Below the pieces are notes generated by a model. That model saw nothing but the letters and a program-made list of their open reading frames with translations. It searched no databases and was not told the DNA's origin. From positions 27,282,001 to 27,346,000 of the forward strand of contig NW_024704743.1 of assembly GCF_018977255.1 (NCBI RefSeq): a stretch of DNA of 64,000 nucleotides, written 5' to 3'. How positions within the stretch are numbered: position 1 is the first letter of the stretch; every line of letters starts with the position of its first letter. This DNA comes from Callorhinchus milii (Eukaryota). Below are positions 25,516 through 38,304 of the stretch, piece after piece. Both the position numbers and the translations under genes were made by a program.

Positions 25516-26119
25516 TCCCCTATTAGACAACTCTTCCCCAGATAGAGAGCTTCTCAAAGAAAGTATAACAGTAGACGTTGTTTCCACCAAAGACAAGTGC
25601 AGAGAATCAAGTATGTATCTGGATTTATTTCTTACACATTCAAGTCAATATTCTTATCTTAAAAATAGTTCTCTATTTGAAAAACAATTCTTGAGTTTTT
25701 CATGCAATACTTTGTCAAGTCGACTATGTGAGTATAATTAAGACCACAGGCCTCCCTGCAGTTTGGTAAGCTTATGATCCTAGTTATGTGGCTTCCAGCA
25801 TCAAGATTTACATATTACTGAAAATAATGGATGCCTTGAAGTGATTGTGAGGCAGTTATTTAATTAAGGAGGAGATATTATAGTACTGATATTGTGGGTG
25901 TTTCACCCATAAAATACACAGTCAATTCACTTTACAGTATATCCTATGAAGCACTCTGAGATGTTTATTATTATGGTTTATTACCACGGTTTATTATTAC
26001 TGTATCATAAACGCACTTCTCAAAACATACCTCATTGACCAAGCTTTCCGTCATCTTTACTTTCTTCGCCCTTCTCAGATCTCACCCCCAGTTTTGGTGC
26101 CTAGATTTCGTACAGTTTC

Positions 26120-26340
26120 GGTAAGTCTTAGGGAAAGGCTGGGAAATGGAGGAGGTCAGAGCCTCAGGGGAGAAGACATTGATGGGAACCAAGGAGTTCA
26201 GCTGCAGGAAGTTTGCGCTTATCTAAGCCTTGATATCTGACAAAAAAGCTAACAGAACATCAGCCGACCTGGAGTCACAACTGGTTGAGAAGAAGTAGAT
26301 TTGGGTATTATTACATACATGTAAAAGTTTACTCCATCTG
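26120..26340 (-). mobile_element. Old L2 RT fragment
   Basis: Decayed GVNFYMY..TQIY motif on the minus strand, homologous to 35100-35200. Confidence 0.6.
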
Positions 26341-26614
26341 AATCAGTATTCTATGTTTATATGTTCAAATGCATTGTTTACGATCATTAGAAGCATGGAA
26401 ACATTTGAAAACTGTTGTGCTGATGCCAGAGGGGTGTTTCAATTAATATCAACTTTTCCAGCAATCATTGCTCACTACATCAAAACAATGTGAGAAAGCA
26501 ATAAAAATGACAAACGGAATGCTATGTTACATTGCTAAGTCAGCTAATGTCAGATCCACAGTATCAAAGCTGCATCGGCTTTGGTCAGGACACACCAAGA
26601 AGGATTATGTGCCA

Positions 26615-26975
26615 ACCCAGCCCATTTGGTAGCACTGTTGCCTCTGTGTAAGAGGTCAGTGGGTTCAAACCCCACAATGTGACTTTGAACTCCTAATCGA
26701 GGCTATCACTTCAGTGTAGAGCTGAGAGCGGGCTGCTTTGTTGAAGGTGTGGTCCTTCAGATAAAGCAATAAAATAGGGTCCTGTCTGCCTGCTCAGTTG
26801 GAATTTAAAGGACAGATTGTACTATTTGAAAGAAAAGAGAGTTTGTCCTGGTGTCCTGTCCAACAATCCCTGCATAAAACTATTCATTTCCTGCAATACT
26901 GCTTGTAGGGCATTGCAGTTTACAAATTGGCTGTTGTGTTCACCTATAAAATACACTCATTACATTTCATGGTAT
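26615..26975 (+). mobile_element. Deu-domain SINE whose tail (28499-28557) is displaced by a CR1 insertion
   Basis: Deu core at 26715-26800; tail TGTGAAGGACTTTGAGATGTC resumes right after the CR1 tail. Confidence 0.75.
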
Positions 26976-28498
26976 CAATACGAGAGAAATTGATAAGATT
27001 AAAAAACGATAAAATCCCCTGTACCTGATGGCCTGCATCCTAGGGTTTTTAAGGAGGTGGCTGCAGAGATAGTGGATGCTTTGTTTTTGATCTTCCAAAA
27101 TTCCCTGCGTTCTGGGATGGTTTCCATTGATTAGAATGTTGCAAACGTGTCCTTAGTTAGGGACGTCGTCGTGGGGTACTTAGAAAATCATAAGATGATT
27201 AGGCAGAGTCAACATGGCTTTACAAAAGGGAAATCATGTTTAACAAATCTTATAGAGTATTTTGAGGATGTAACTAGCAGGTTAGATAGGGGGGAACCAG
27301 TAGATGTGGTGCATTTGGATTTCCAGAAGGCATTCAACAAGGTACCATATAAAAGCCTGTTGCATAAGATTAGAACCCATGGAATTAAAGGTAATATATT
27401 AGCATGGATTGGAGAGTGGATAACAGGAAGAAAACAGAGTAAGGATTAACAGTCCTTCTCAGATTGGCAGGATGTGACTAGTGGAGTGCCACAAGGATCA
27501 ATGCTTGGGCCTCAATTGTTTACAGTCTATATCAATGATTTAGATGAGAAAATAGAACTTAACATATCTAAATTCAGGGACGATATGAAGAGAGGTGGGA
27601 GAGTAAGCTGTGAGGATGACACACAAAGAATGCAAAGGAAAATAGACATGCTAGGTAAGTGGGCAAGAAGGTGGCAAATGAAGTATTACTTGGGGAAGTG
27701 TGAAGTTATTCACCTAGGTAGTAAAAATAGAAAAGCGGATTATTTTCTAGTGGGGGAGAGACTAGGTAGTGTTTCTTGTTCAGAGGGATTTGGGTGTCCT
27801 TGTACATCAGTCACAAACAGTTAGTATCCAGATACAGCAAACAACTAGGAAGACTAATGCCATGTTGGCGTTTGTTGCAAAAGGGTTAGAGTACAAGAGT
27901 AGGGCAGTTGTATAAGGCCTGGGTGAGACCGCACCTAGAATATTTTGTGCAATTTTGTTCTCCTTATTTAAGAAAGGACATACTCGCCTTAGAGGGGGTG
28001 CAGCATAGATTCACTAGGTTGGTTTGGGATGAGGGGGTTGACCTATGAGGATAGGTTGAGTAAACTAGGCCTATACTCTCTAGAATATAGAAGAATTAGA
28101 GGTGAACTTATAGAAACCTATAAGATTCTTAAGGGTCTTGGCAGGGTAGATGCCATGAGACTGTTTCTCCTGGTTGGAGAATCTAAAACTAGATTTCATA
28201 GTCTCAAGATTAAGGCTCAGCCTTTTCGACCTGAGTTGAGGAAACATTTCTTCACTCAGAGGGTACTGAATTTGTGGAATTCTCCACCCCAGAAGGCTGT
28301 GGATGCTCAGTCCTTGAACATATTCAAGACTGAGGTTGATAGATTTCTAAAGGATGGAGTGATTAAGGGATATGGGGATAGGGCAGGTAAATGGAATTAG
28401 ATTAGAAGATCAGCCATGATCTTACTAAACGGCAGGGCAGGCTCGAGGGGCCAAATGGCCTACTCCTGCTCCTATGTCTTATGGTCTTATGGTCTTAT
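26976..28498 (+). mobile_element. CR1 LINE, 5'-truncated ~1.5 kb, RT pseudogene
   Basis: ORFs 27147..27449 (SQHGFTKGKSCLTNL, LDFQKAF), 27474..27824 (SGVPQGSMLGP, INDLD, FRDD) and 28029..28400; frameshifts; (TCTTATGG)n tail. Confidence 0.96.
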
Positions 28499-28559
28499 AT
28501 GTTGTGAAGGACTTTGAGATGTCATCCTGATGTGAAAGGTATATATGAAATGTAAGGTA

Positions 28560-29122
28560 ACATTCTCGCCTCTGAATAAGAAGTTGTAAGTTCAAGCCCT
28601 AATGCCAGATTTGAGCTCACAGTCCAGGTTGACACTCAAATTCAGTGTTGGAGAGTGCTGCATTATTGGAGGTGCCGTATTTCAGGTGAGACATTAAGCA
28701 GCGATCCTATAAAACAATAATAATTTGGTCACTCAATCCACGACTGCTTGTGGGACACTGTTGTGTGCAATTGACTGCCGCGTTATGCCAACAAAATATA
28801 CAGTCAATTCACTCTACAGTATATTCTATGAAGCTTTGAGACATCTAGTAGATGTGAAATGCGCTACATCAAATACAAGGATTATGATTATCTGCCTGTT
28901 AAAGGCATGACAATATTCAAAATGAAAAGAGAGTTTCTCCCAGTGTTCTGGTCAATACTCTCTCAGGTACAATTGGCTATTCACTTCATGGTTGATTGTG
29001 GAACATGCTGTGCACAAATTGACTATCACATTTTCCTACTAAATGTCACTATACTTTTCAGTAAAATCATATCACATCTTCCTGACATGAAAGGTGCTAT
29101 GTCAAATGCAAGGATTATATTA
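28560..29122 (+). mobile_element. Deu SINE containing a 3' half of the tRNA-Ala SINE (~28710-28890)
   Basis: Deu core GAGTGCTGCATTATTGGAGGTGCCG breaks at ~28708 and resumes TCTGCCTGTT at ~28891. Confidence 0.7.
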
Positions 29123-30104
29123 TTTAACTGTGAAGACAATGTAAACCTTTTAACTTTTATTTACATTAGGTGCAATCGCATCACTATGTGACACTGTGTG
29201 AAATTACCTCTGAGATTTCACACCAACTCTTTCAAACAGAAACTAATGTGAATTAGTAATTGAGAGTGAGATCAGTCAGAGCAAAGACTTGCTGAAAATT
29301 CATAATTCTGTGGAAACATTTCAGAGCAATCTAGGTAGCGCGTGTAAGTGGTATGTGACAGTCTCTGCCACAAACTGTTGTTCACAAGATCACAAGTTTG
29401 GTTTGGACAAAGAAAGGGCTTTGTCCAATCTGATCTCATCCCTGAGAACACACCAGACCATCCACCATCACCTCATTAAGCTGCGTATTAAATTAGTCCA
29501 GTCTCCTGCCTCTACCACCTTTCTGACAACCTCTTCCAGTCATTGATTTCCCTAAAGCAGAATCCATAAATTATTTTTTAAAGGAATTAGATTTTAGAAA
29601 TATTAAAGGGTATGGGAGAGAATGTGGGAGAATGGGTTTGGACTAGGTGACTCATGTGGATAAAACCAACACAGACTTGATCGTTTGAATAGCCTGTTTA
29701 TCCATTAACATTGTAATGTTTTTTAAGTAAGGCAGTAATTTATTATGATTAAACCATTGTGCATCTTTTTGTGATTCGGATGAATGTTAAAGAACACATT
29801 ATTTGAAAGAAAAGAGTTCTCTTAGTATCCTGGCCAATATTCCTCACCCATCAAAATTTACTAAAATACACTTAATTGCTGTTTCTAGGATGTTGCTACA
29901 TAACAGTCACTTCAAAGTAATTCATTGTTACTTGAAGCATTTTGAGATATTTTGATTTGATTAGGAGGTATATCAAATTCAAGTATTATTATAATCTTCA
30001 TTTTCTCTTCAAAGTGGACAGAAATCCTTGTTTGGTTTCTAAAAATTGTGCTTAGTAATCAATGGAGTCAACTTCCACCAAATTCTATATATTTACTCTA
30101 TTTA

Positions 30105-30837
30105 CTCTAATAATATCCCTCCAAAACAAAACAATAATAAAGTGGTCATTTTCAATCAATGACTGTTTGTGGGACACTGCTGTGCGCAATTGGCTGCCGC
30201 ATTTCGTCCATATATATATGGTCAATTCACTTTACAGCATTTTCTGCAGCTCGTGTACTCTCACGCACCAGGCTCCGTGACCCCATCACTCCCACCCTCG
30301 CCCAACTCCACTGGCTCCCCATCCCCAATAGGATCGAGTTCAAGATCCTCGTCCTCACCTTTAAGGTCATCCATGGCATTGCCCCCTCCTACCTCTCTGA
30401 CTTGCTGACTCCCTACCAACCTGCCCGCTCCCTCCGCTCATCAGGCTCCGGTCTGCTTCATGTCTCCCGCCCGAGCCGCCGTACCATCAGTGGCCGGGCT
30501 TTCAGCCTCTCTGCCCCCACACTCTGGAACGCCATTCCACGGTCCCTTCCCCTCGCTTCCTCCCTTGCCTCCTTCAAGAGCGGTCTCAAGACCCTTCTCT
30601 TTGATCGTGCCTTTGGTCGCTCTCCTACCTCTCTGCCTTCCCTCACCCCTACACCACTCCTACCCCATGCTCGGGCCCCAACACTTGACTGTTCAGCATT
30701 TTGGGACGTCCTCCTGACGTGAAAGGCACTCTATAAATGTAATTTTGTTGTTGTTGCTGTATACTGTGAAGCGCTTTGAGACGTCTAGAAGACATGAAAA
30801 GAGTTATATCAAATGCAAGAATTATTTTTATTGTTAT
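30105..30837 (+). mobile_element. tRNA-Ala SINE 3' part interrupted by an L2 3' fragment (30242-30758)
   Basis: ORF 30159..30722 switches from SINE-derived to L2 ORF2 sequence (SAARVLSRT, LHWLPIP); SINE tail resumes at ~30760. Confidence 0.92.
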
Positions 30838-31120
30838 TTGTAAATATTTTTGTTTCAGTATATGCAGAATTTGGCAAATTATTGAATTCAGTCTTAACTT
30901 TAAAGTTGGTTTTCTATAGTTCTCAAAAGAGCTTACAGAAAACCAGCTTCAAGTTATGGCTGAATTTAAGAATTTGTCAAATTCTGACTGTTCCAATTTG
31001 GTGGAATATCTTCAGGTCAATTGCTGATATTATTCAATTCTGGGTGTGAGACAAGCAATTTTTAATGAAAATATATCAGTCAATGATGAGTATTTCACAC
31101 AACTTAAAGCACATTAATAT

Positions 31121-31486
31121 CAATAACCCTTGAATTTGATATAGCACTGTTCATGTCTTCTAGATGTCTCAAAGCTCTTCACAGAATAGACTGTAAAGTG
31201 AATTGACTGTATATTTGAGGGCGACACCCAGCAGCCAATTGCACACAGCAGTGTCCCACAAACAGTCGTGCATTGAGTAACCAAATTATTATTTTTGTTA
31301 TTGAAGGGTTATTATCCCCAGAAAAGTGATCCATCAATCAACTAACAACCAGGTTCCTACTTATTCATTGGTAAACAGAGGCATGTGGAGAAAGGAAACT
31401 TGCCCAACATTTCACTCTGCCGGGAATAGAATCCAGGTTTCTCGTTTGCGAGGACAGTGCTCTAACCTGTGAGCTACAGGACACCA
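31121..31486 (-). mobile_element. tRNA-Ala-headed SINE, long subfamily, full length
   Basis: Alignment to sister copies; includes the ~60 nt segment absent from short copies. Confidence 0.9.
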
Positions 31487-32619
31487 CAATGAGCCAGTTT
31501 AAGTTTGTGCACACAAAAAGTTCATTTATATGGCCGCTAGTGCAGAGGTATGAAAGTAAATCTCACCACCTATAGAAATACAAAGGGAAAATTTGGGCAA
31601 GACCCGGCTAATCCTTTTGGACACTGGCATCATTGTGTTGGGTGAGGACAGCTACCATCCCCTCCCAACCTGTAAACAAGGCAGCAAATGTGATAATGTG
31701 TTACAGCTGACAAGGCAAGAGGATTGGAAGAAAACATTCAACTTGAGAAAAACATTGATGTAATGATGTACTCATCACAGTATTGATGTATTTTAACATC
31801 AGGCATATGTACAGTTTACACAAGCTTAAAGTTGTAATTAAGGCTAAAAAGCTTTACTGATAGTAACTTGTTAGAAAACAAGTAAAATAATCCAACATCC
31901 TGATGTCTCTGAACTGTTTTCTTGGAAAGTTGGATCTGATTGATACCTTTTAATAACACCATTTAGCTTTCAAGAACCAGCGCAACGTTAGTTTTAAGCA
32001 AAGAACAACCAGATTGGAATGGGAAACAGTTCTGCTAATGCCAATCACCAACACTAAGTTTTCTACTTATCTCAGGAACTAAGTAGGAGGAATCAATGCT
32101 ATACAAATTAACCTTGGATTAAGTGGATGTTCTTTTTTGGTGTGGAATGTCTGAAATTGTTCAAAAGCTGCTCTAAATGTATTGTAAGTTCCACAAAAGC
32201 AAGGACAGCGAGTGATAGAACATGTAGATAAATCAAGAGCTACATTGCTTTTATCGTGTGCTAAAACTGCTTTTAGCCAATGTGACTGTGTGGAACCCTT
32301 TGCAAAACTAGTTGCAGAGCCATACTCCCTTGAGCCAATAATGAGTATGTGTCTAACTTCAAATCAATTCATATTTATTGATTAAACTCAGTAAATGTTA
32401 GCATTTACCAACTATTATGTCTTTCCAACATATCAAACAGATACCAAGTACAATAGGTACCAAGCAGTGATCCTAACTTATTAGCATTTCACATTTCCAA
32501 TACATTTCCATTTCTGCAGTTAACTGCTGGTGCTTCTTGTGGTACTGATATGTCATCACCACAATTGTTTCCACATCAACTCACAATGTGCACCATTTAA
32601 CAATTTTACGTTAGGAAGA

Positions 32620-32990
32620 AAGGATTTGCATTTTATAGTTCTACAATGTTTCAAAGTGCTTTTCTTCATATAACATATTTTATAACTCTTAAATGTCTCA
32701 AAATGTTGTCAAGTACAGTGACAACTTTTTGTAGGTAAATCCAGCAGAATGTTTGACATTGACCAACAAATAACCAACCCCTCTTTTTTGCAAATAGTGT
32801 CATGGGATCCTTAAAATGAACCTCATTTTTGACATTTCATCCAAAGGGCAACACCTCAGATAATGGAGTCCTCTCATGGTATCACACTAGAGGGTCAACC
32901 AAACCATGAGTTCAAAGCCTGACATGGGCTTAGAACTCACAACCTTTAAATCCAGCATTCAGAGTAGTACTAACTCAGCTAAGATGACTA
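32620..32990 (-). mobile_element. Deu-domain SINE, degraded
   Basis: AAATAGTGTCATGGGATCC, TTTCATCCAAAGGGCAACACCTC and head remnant ACTCAGCTAAGATGAC. Confidence 0.65.
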
Positions 32991-34180
32991 TGGCAGGCTT
33001 TTAGGTGCATAAGATAAATCACATTGGCAATAAATTAAACTCTGAATATCTGTATTTTTAATTTTTGGGTGGGAATCTACTGACCTGAAAATGCTATGGT
33101 TTGCAAGACAAAGTGTAAAATATATCTGATTGTGATGTGTTTGTTAAATTTTCCTGACTTTTTGGGAGACAGAAACTCACCAATATGTTTTGAAAAGTTA
33201 ACTACAAAGCTGGGTCAAAAATGTAGCCTTCAAAGTTTGGCAAAAATGTAAGAGGAAGAATTGGTTTGCAGGCATTGACATGGAAATAACACATGTTGGA
33301 TAGGGGAAGCTTCACTTAGAATCTGTCTAATCCAATGAATCAAACTTGCAACCTCAATGATTTCAGGCATTCCACGCTGAAATGTAAAATGTTATTAATT
33401 ATTTATCTAAGTGCATTGTCAACAAGTACAAATGAATATAACTAGGCACATCATCTCTTAGGTTTTGGGGGAAAATGTATATCACCAGCCTTGTCCTTTT
33501 TAAGATGATTAAAGATTAAATGAGAAAAGATTGTGAGGTCTATCAAGCCATCATCTTCCAAAAAGCATGTCGTAGCTCCCCTATCATAGATTTCTGTTCA
33601 TCCAATCTATCTCCTGCAGAGAAGTTCTAAATATATATATCCAGGTGTCCTAAGGTAATCAATCAAAGTCTCCAGAATATTCATTTATTCCCATATATCT
33701 GCTATTAAAATTCTCTTTAAAGGAATTAACCAATGCAGAACCACAAATCTCTCTGTGAGAAAACAATTTTTTTCTAATCTCTTTTGTTTGGTTTAAATTT
33801 CTCTTCTCACCTCACCAGAGGCATCAAACACTTTGAGACATCTTCCCAATGTGAAAGGTGCTTTCTAGATGTAAATTGTATTATATTGTATTTGAGGTGA
33901 AATTCCACTGGTGGGTAATGTTATGGTTCATACTGATGGTCACTTATGATTCAGAATTCTCTGATGTTAAGAATGCCCGTGAGGTTGTAACAAACCTGCA
34001 GTCTGAAGTTTTACCCAGTCATTATAGTTAACTTTTCAAAACATATTTGTGAGTTTGTGTCCCGACCAAGTCAAGAATATTTAAAAGAAGCATGGTGATC
34101 GTACATATTTGGTACATACTTGGTCCCGCAAACCATACTGTTTTCATATAAGTAGAACTATTGGGATCCAAAAAATAAAT

Positions 34181-36590
34181 ACAACAACAACAACAAGATT
34201 GCACTTATAGAGTGCCTTTCATGTTGGGAGGACGTCCCAAGGCGCTGGACAGTTGGGTCGGGACCCGAGCAGGGGGGGAATGGTCAGGGTGAGAGGAGGG
34301 AAGGGAGGGAGCGAGGAGGGTGTAGAGAGTCGAGAGGGGAGGTGAAGGCACGGTTGAAGAGAAAGGTCTTGAGACCGGCCTTGAAGGAGGAAAGGGAGGA
34401 AGCAAGGCAAAGGCACTGGGGTATGGAGTTCCAGAGCCTCGGGGCTGAGAGGCTGAAAGCCCGGCCACTGATAGTAGAGCGGTTAGGGTGGGGAGTGTGG
34501 AGCAGACCGGAGCCAGAGGAACGGAGGGTACGGGCAGATAATATAGGGGGATAGTAGGTCGGAGAGGTAGGAGGGAGCAAGGCCATGAATGGCCTTGTAG
34601 GTGAGGATGAGGATCTTGAATTCGATCCTCTGGGGGATGGGGAGCCAGGGGAGGCGAGCGAGGGTGGGAGTGATGTGGCCTCGAAGCCTGGTGCGGGACA
34701 GTACACGAGCTGCAGAGTTCTGAATGACCTGCAGCTTGTGGAGGGAGGTGGCGGGAAGGCCGGCGAAGAGAGAGTTCTCATAGTCCAGCCTTGAGGTGAT
34801 AAAGGCGTGGACCAGTGTTTCAGCAGCGTGAGGGGTGAGGTAGTGCCGTAGTCTGGTGATGTTTCGGAGGTGATGGAAGGCGGTGCCAGTTGTGGCACGG
34901 ATGTGGGGAAGAAAGGACAGCTCAGGGTCGAACAGAACCCCGAGGTTCCTGAGTGGCTTTGAGAGGTGGAGAGTGCAGCCTTGGATGCTGATGCTGTCAG
35001 CGCCTGAGGTGCGGAGGCGCTGACGTGAGCCAATCAGAAGGGCCTCAGTTTTGCGCACGTTGAGCTGAAGAAAGTTGTCTCTCGTCCAGGACTCGATGTC
35101 AGACAGGCTGTCAGGACATCGGTGGTCGTGGAGTTGAGGGTAGAAGAGGAAAGGTAGAGTTGGGTGTCATCCGCATACATGTGGAAGTTAACCCCATGTC
35201 TGCGGATGATGTCACCAAGGGGGAGCATATAGAGGGTGAAGAGGAGGGGACCGAGGACAGAGCCCTGAGGGACGCCGCATAAGACAGTGCGGGGGGTGGA
35301 GGAAAAGCTGTTAGTGGAAACAAAATGAAGATGGTGGGAGAGGTAGGACCTAAACCACTCAAGGACAGGGCCTTGAAGGTTGAGGTGGGAGGACAAGCGG
35401 TGGAGGAGGATAGAGTGGTTGACCGTATCGAATGCGGCCGATAGGTCGAGGAGGACGAGGTGGCAGAGGGAGCCCTGGTTGCAGATGGTCAAGATGTCAT
35501 TAGTGACCTTGACCAGGGCAGTTTCCGTGTTATATGCAGCACGGAAACCCAACTGGAGGGGTTCAAAAAGTGAATAGGTGGAGAGGAAAGAGCGCAGCTG
35601 CGAGGTAACGACTCTTTCGAGAACAGGAAGGGGAGGTTGGAGATGGGCCGGTAGCTTGATAGCTGCGACCCATCAAGGGAGGATTTTTTCAGTGTGAGAG
35701 TGATGGTGGTAGTTTTGAGGGGAATGGGAACAGAACCAGAGGAGAGGGACAGGTTAATGGTGTCTGTGAGAAGTGGGGCAAGAAAATGGAGCTGGGAGAT
35801 GAGGAGTGGGGTGGGGATGGGCTCCAGGGAGCAGGTCTTGGGTTTCAAGGACAGGATGAATTTGGTGACAGAGGGTGGGGAAATGGGTTCGAAGGTGTGT
35901 AGGGGAGAATGGGTAGGAGTCGGAGTGTGGGAGGGACGGGGTGGGGGTTGGGTGGAAGTTGGAGGGGCAGTGACCGCGGAGCGGATTCCCTTGATTTTGG
36001 ATTCAAGGAAATCCAGCATCTCCTCGCAGTGAAGGTTGGAGGAGATGACCTGCGTGGGGTGGCGGGGGGGACGGAGGAGTCGGGATATGGTAGAGAACAG
36101 TAGCCTGGGGTTGTTCTTCGCCTCCAGGATTATCCTGGAGTAGAAGGACAACTTGACTGAGGCTAGAGTGGAACAGTAGATTTTGAGGAGGTCCAACCAG
36201 ATTTGCCGGTGGACTGTTAGGCCAGATTTGACGCTGGTGCGTTCAGCGGCCCGCACCTGGCTCTTCAGTGAGCAGACGTGGGTGGTGAACCAGCGGGAGG
36301 AGCGAGAGTAAGAGACAGTACGGGAGGTGATGTGGGCAAGAGTGTCGAGTGTGGAGGAGAGGGTGTTGTGGAGGAGGGTGAGAGCAGAAAAGGGTTCAGT
36401 GAGGGATGAAGGCCAGAGGGAGAGGCGTTCAGAGGACTCCAAGGCAGCGGTTAGGGATTGTGGGGGTAACTTCTTCCAGGGGCGGTAGAAGATGGTGGTG
36501 GGTCTGGTGGAGGTAGGGAGGGGTGTGGAGGTGGTGAAGGAGATGAAGTGGTGATCGGAGACGGCCTTGTCGGTAATAGTGACATCCGAT
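34181..36590 (-). mobile_element. Young L2 LINE, ~2.4 kb, 5'-truncated, frameshifted ORF2 with the RT domain
   Basis: ORFs 35489..36442 (SSYRPISNLPFL), 35034..35552 (LLDLSAAFDTV, GVPQGSVLGP, YADDTQ) and 34483..35058 (SRLDY, LPWLP); GC/CpG-rich; (TTG)n tail. Confidence 0.97.
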
Positions 36591-37240
36591 TTGCTATAAA
36601 TACTATAATTCTATTCATGCGTTTAATCTCTCTATATCCTTTTGCAAATATTGGCTTTCATCTCCATAGTTTACTACATATCCCTGTTTTGTATCATCAA
36701 CAAACTTGGTTATACAATATTTCCCCCTATTCCTATATCGAGGTCAATTATATATTCTGTAAAAAACAGGAGCCCCAGTATCACCCCTTAAGGGGTGCCA
36801 TTTTTTGTTACTGCCCACAATCTGAAATGCTGTATACTGTCCAGCATCTTGGGACGTCCTCCCGACATGAAAGGCATTATACAAATGTAACCTTGTTGTT
36901 CTTAGAGAATTTTAGCTCAATGTCTCTGTCTCCTACCTTTCAACCAATTTACTATCATGTGATTGCCTCCACTTTCATGCACCTTACATTCAGTTACTCA
37001 TCTCTTATGTGGCACCTTATTAAATGGCTTCTGAAAACACATTGAAATCACCTCAATGGATTCTCCTTTATCTATCATCTCATTGGAAAGGCATGTTTAC
37101 CTTCCAATTGCACAGTATTAATCCCACTACCCAGAGAGCTTTGAAAAATTGCATTCCATATGCAATTTCTTCATGTATTTATTTTAATAGCCTGGGCCAG
37201 AACTGTGGATCTGGAGATTTATTTGACTTTAGACCCAATT
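36590..37240 (-). mobile_element. Old CR1 RT fragments, with an L2 tail (36815-36900, +) inside
   Basis: Decayed GVPQGSVLG/IDLD/KFVDDT motifs at 36690-36800 and KSNKSPDP at ~37210-37235 on the minus strand. Confidence 0.65.
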
Positions 37241-38304
37241 TTGTTTACTTATGATTCACAAGCTGATCTAGTAATCCAATAAACTATAGTATTTTCAGTA
37301 TGTTGCAATGCCATCAATGGTTTGCCAGACTGAGATCTCATGGAACAATATAAACAGTGTCAGCTAGAAGATTGACATATGTAATAATGCCATTCAGAAC
37401 TGATAGAACTTGCAAATCAGAATAGGGTAACCATAGATATTATCAAGGTATTAACATACGTTATTAGACATTATTATGTTGCAGAAATGATTTATTAAAC
37501 CCTGTGCTTATGCATATGAAAATTTTTTATGTATAGAGACAAACTGTTGTTGTAAAAGCCCATCTTTTACATTTTCAAGGTGAATTATGTTGTACTAGCT
37601 TGGAGCTTTCTTATGCACCAAGGAAAAGTTCATTGCTGTATTCTCATATTAGTGAAGTCTTTCCGGAGGAGATTGCATTATGATCACCCCTTATCTCTTC
37701 TCCCCCAGTGTGGCTGAGTTCGCATTTGATTGTTGTATGAAGCTTGCCAAGTATGATAGTCAATCACATGCTTAGTTCAGGTAGTGAATACAGAGTGGTT
37801 ATTTCAAGAACATAGTTGTAATAGTTTATCTCTCTCTGTTTTATGTGGGAAACCGTTAATAACTGCATAAATGCAGAACTGTGCAGAAATGGTGATGGTA
37901 ATCACTGGCGGAACAGCTTGAGCTCCAGAAAAGAAAACAATGTATTGCAATAAATAGTTGATTCTCAACTAAATTTTTTTGCCTTCTATTTTTATTATAG
38001 ATTATCTCAGATGAGTTGAATATTTGACTCTTATATTACCTGCAATTTGATTTCTCTTTATCTTTTGTTGATGTCTCTTCTAAAGACATTTGGCTTGACA
38101 TTCTGTGCACTTCTCCATCAATGAAAGTAACACCACCACTAATTTACATGAGTATAACGGCTTTCACATTGGGTGGATGTCTCAAAGAACTACATAAAGC
38201 CAACTGGGAGTTCGAGCTGGGGAATGAGGGAGCTGATGAAGATAGGGGGGAAAGGGGACCAAAAAGAAAGAAAGGTTGAAAAGAAAGGCCTTAAGGTGGG
38301 TTTT

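Noticed and set aside
34181..36590. Intact active LINE or domesticated RT gene
   Set aside because: 5'-truncated without the endonuclease, and split by several frameshifts
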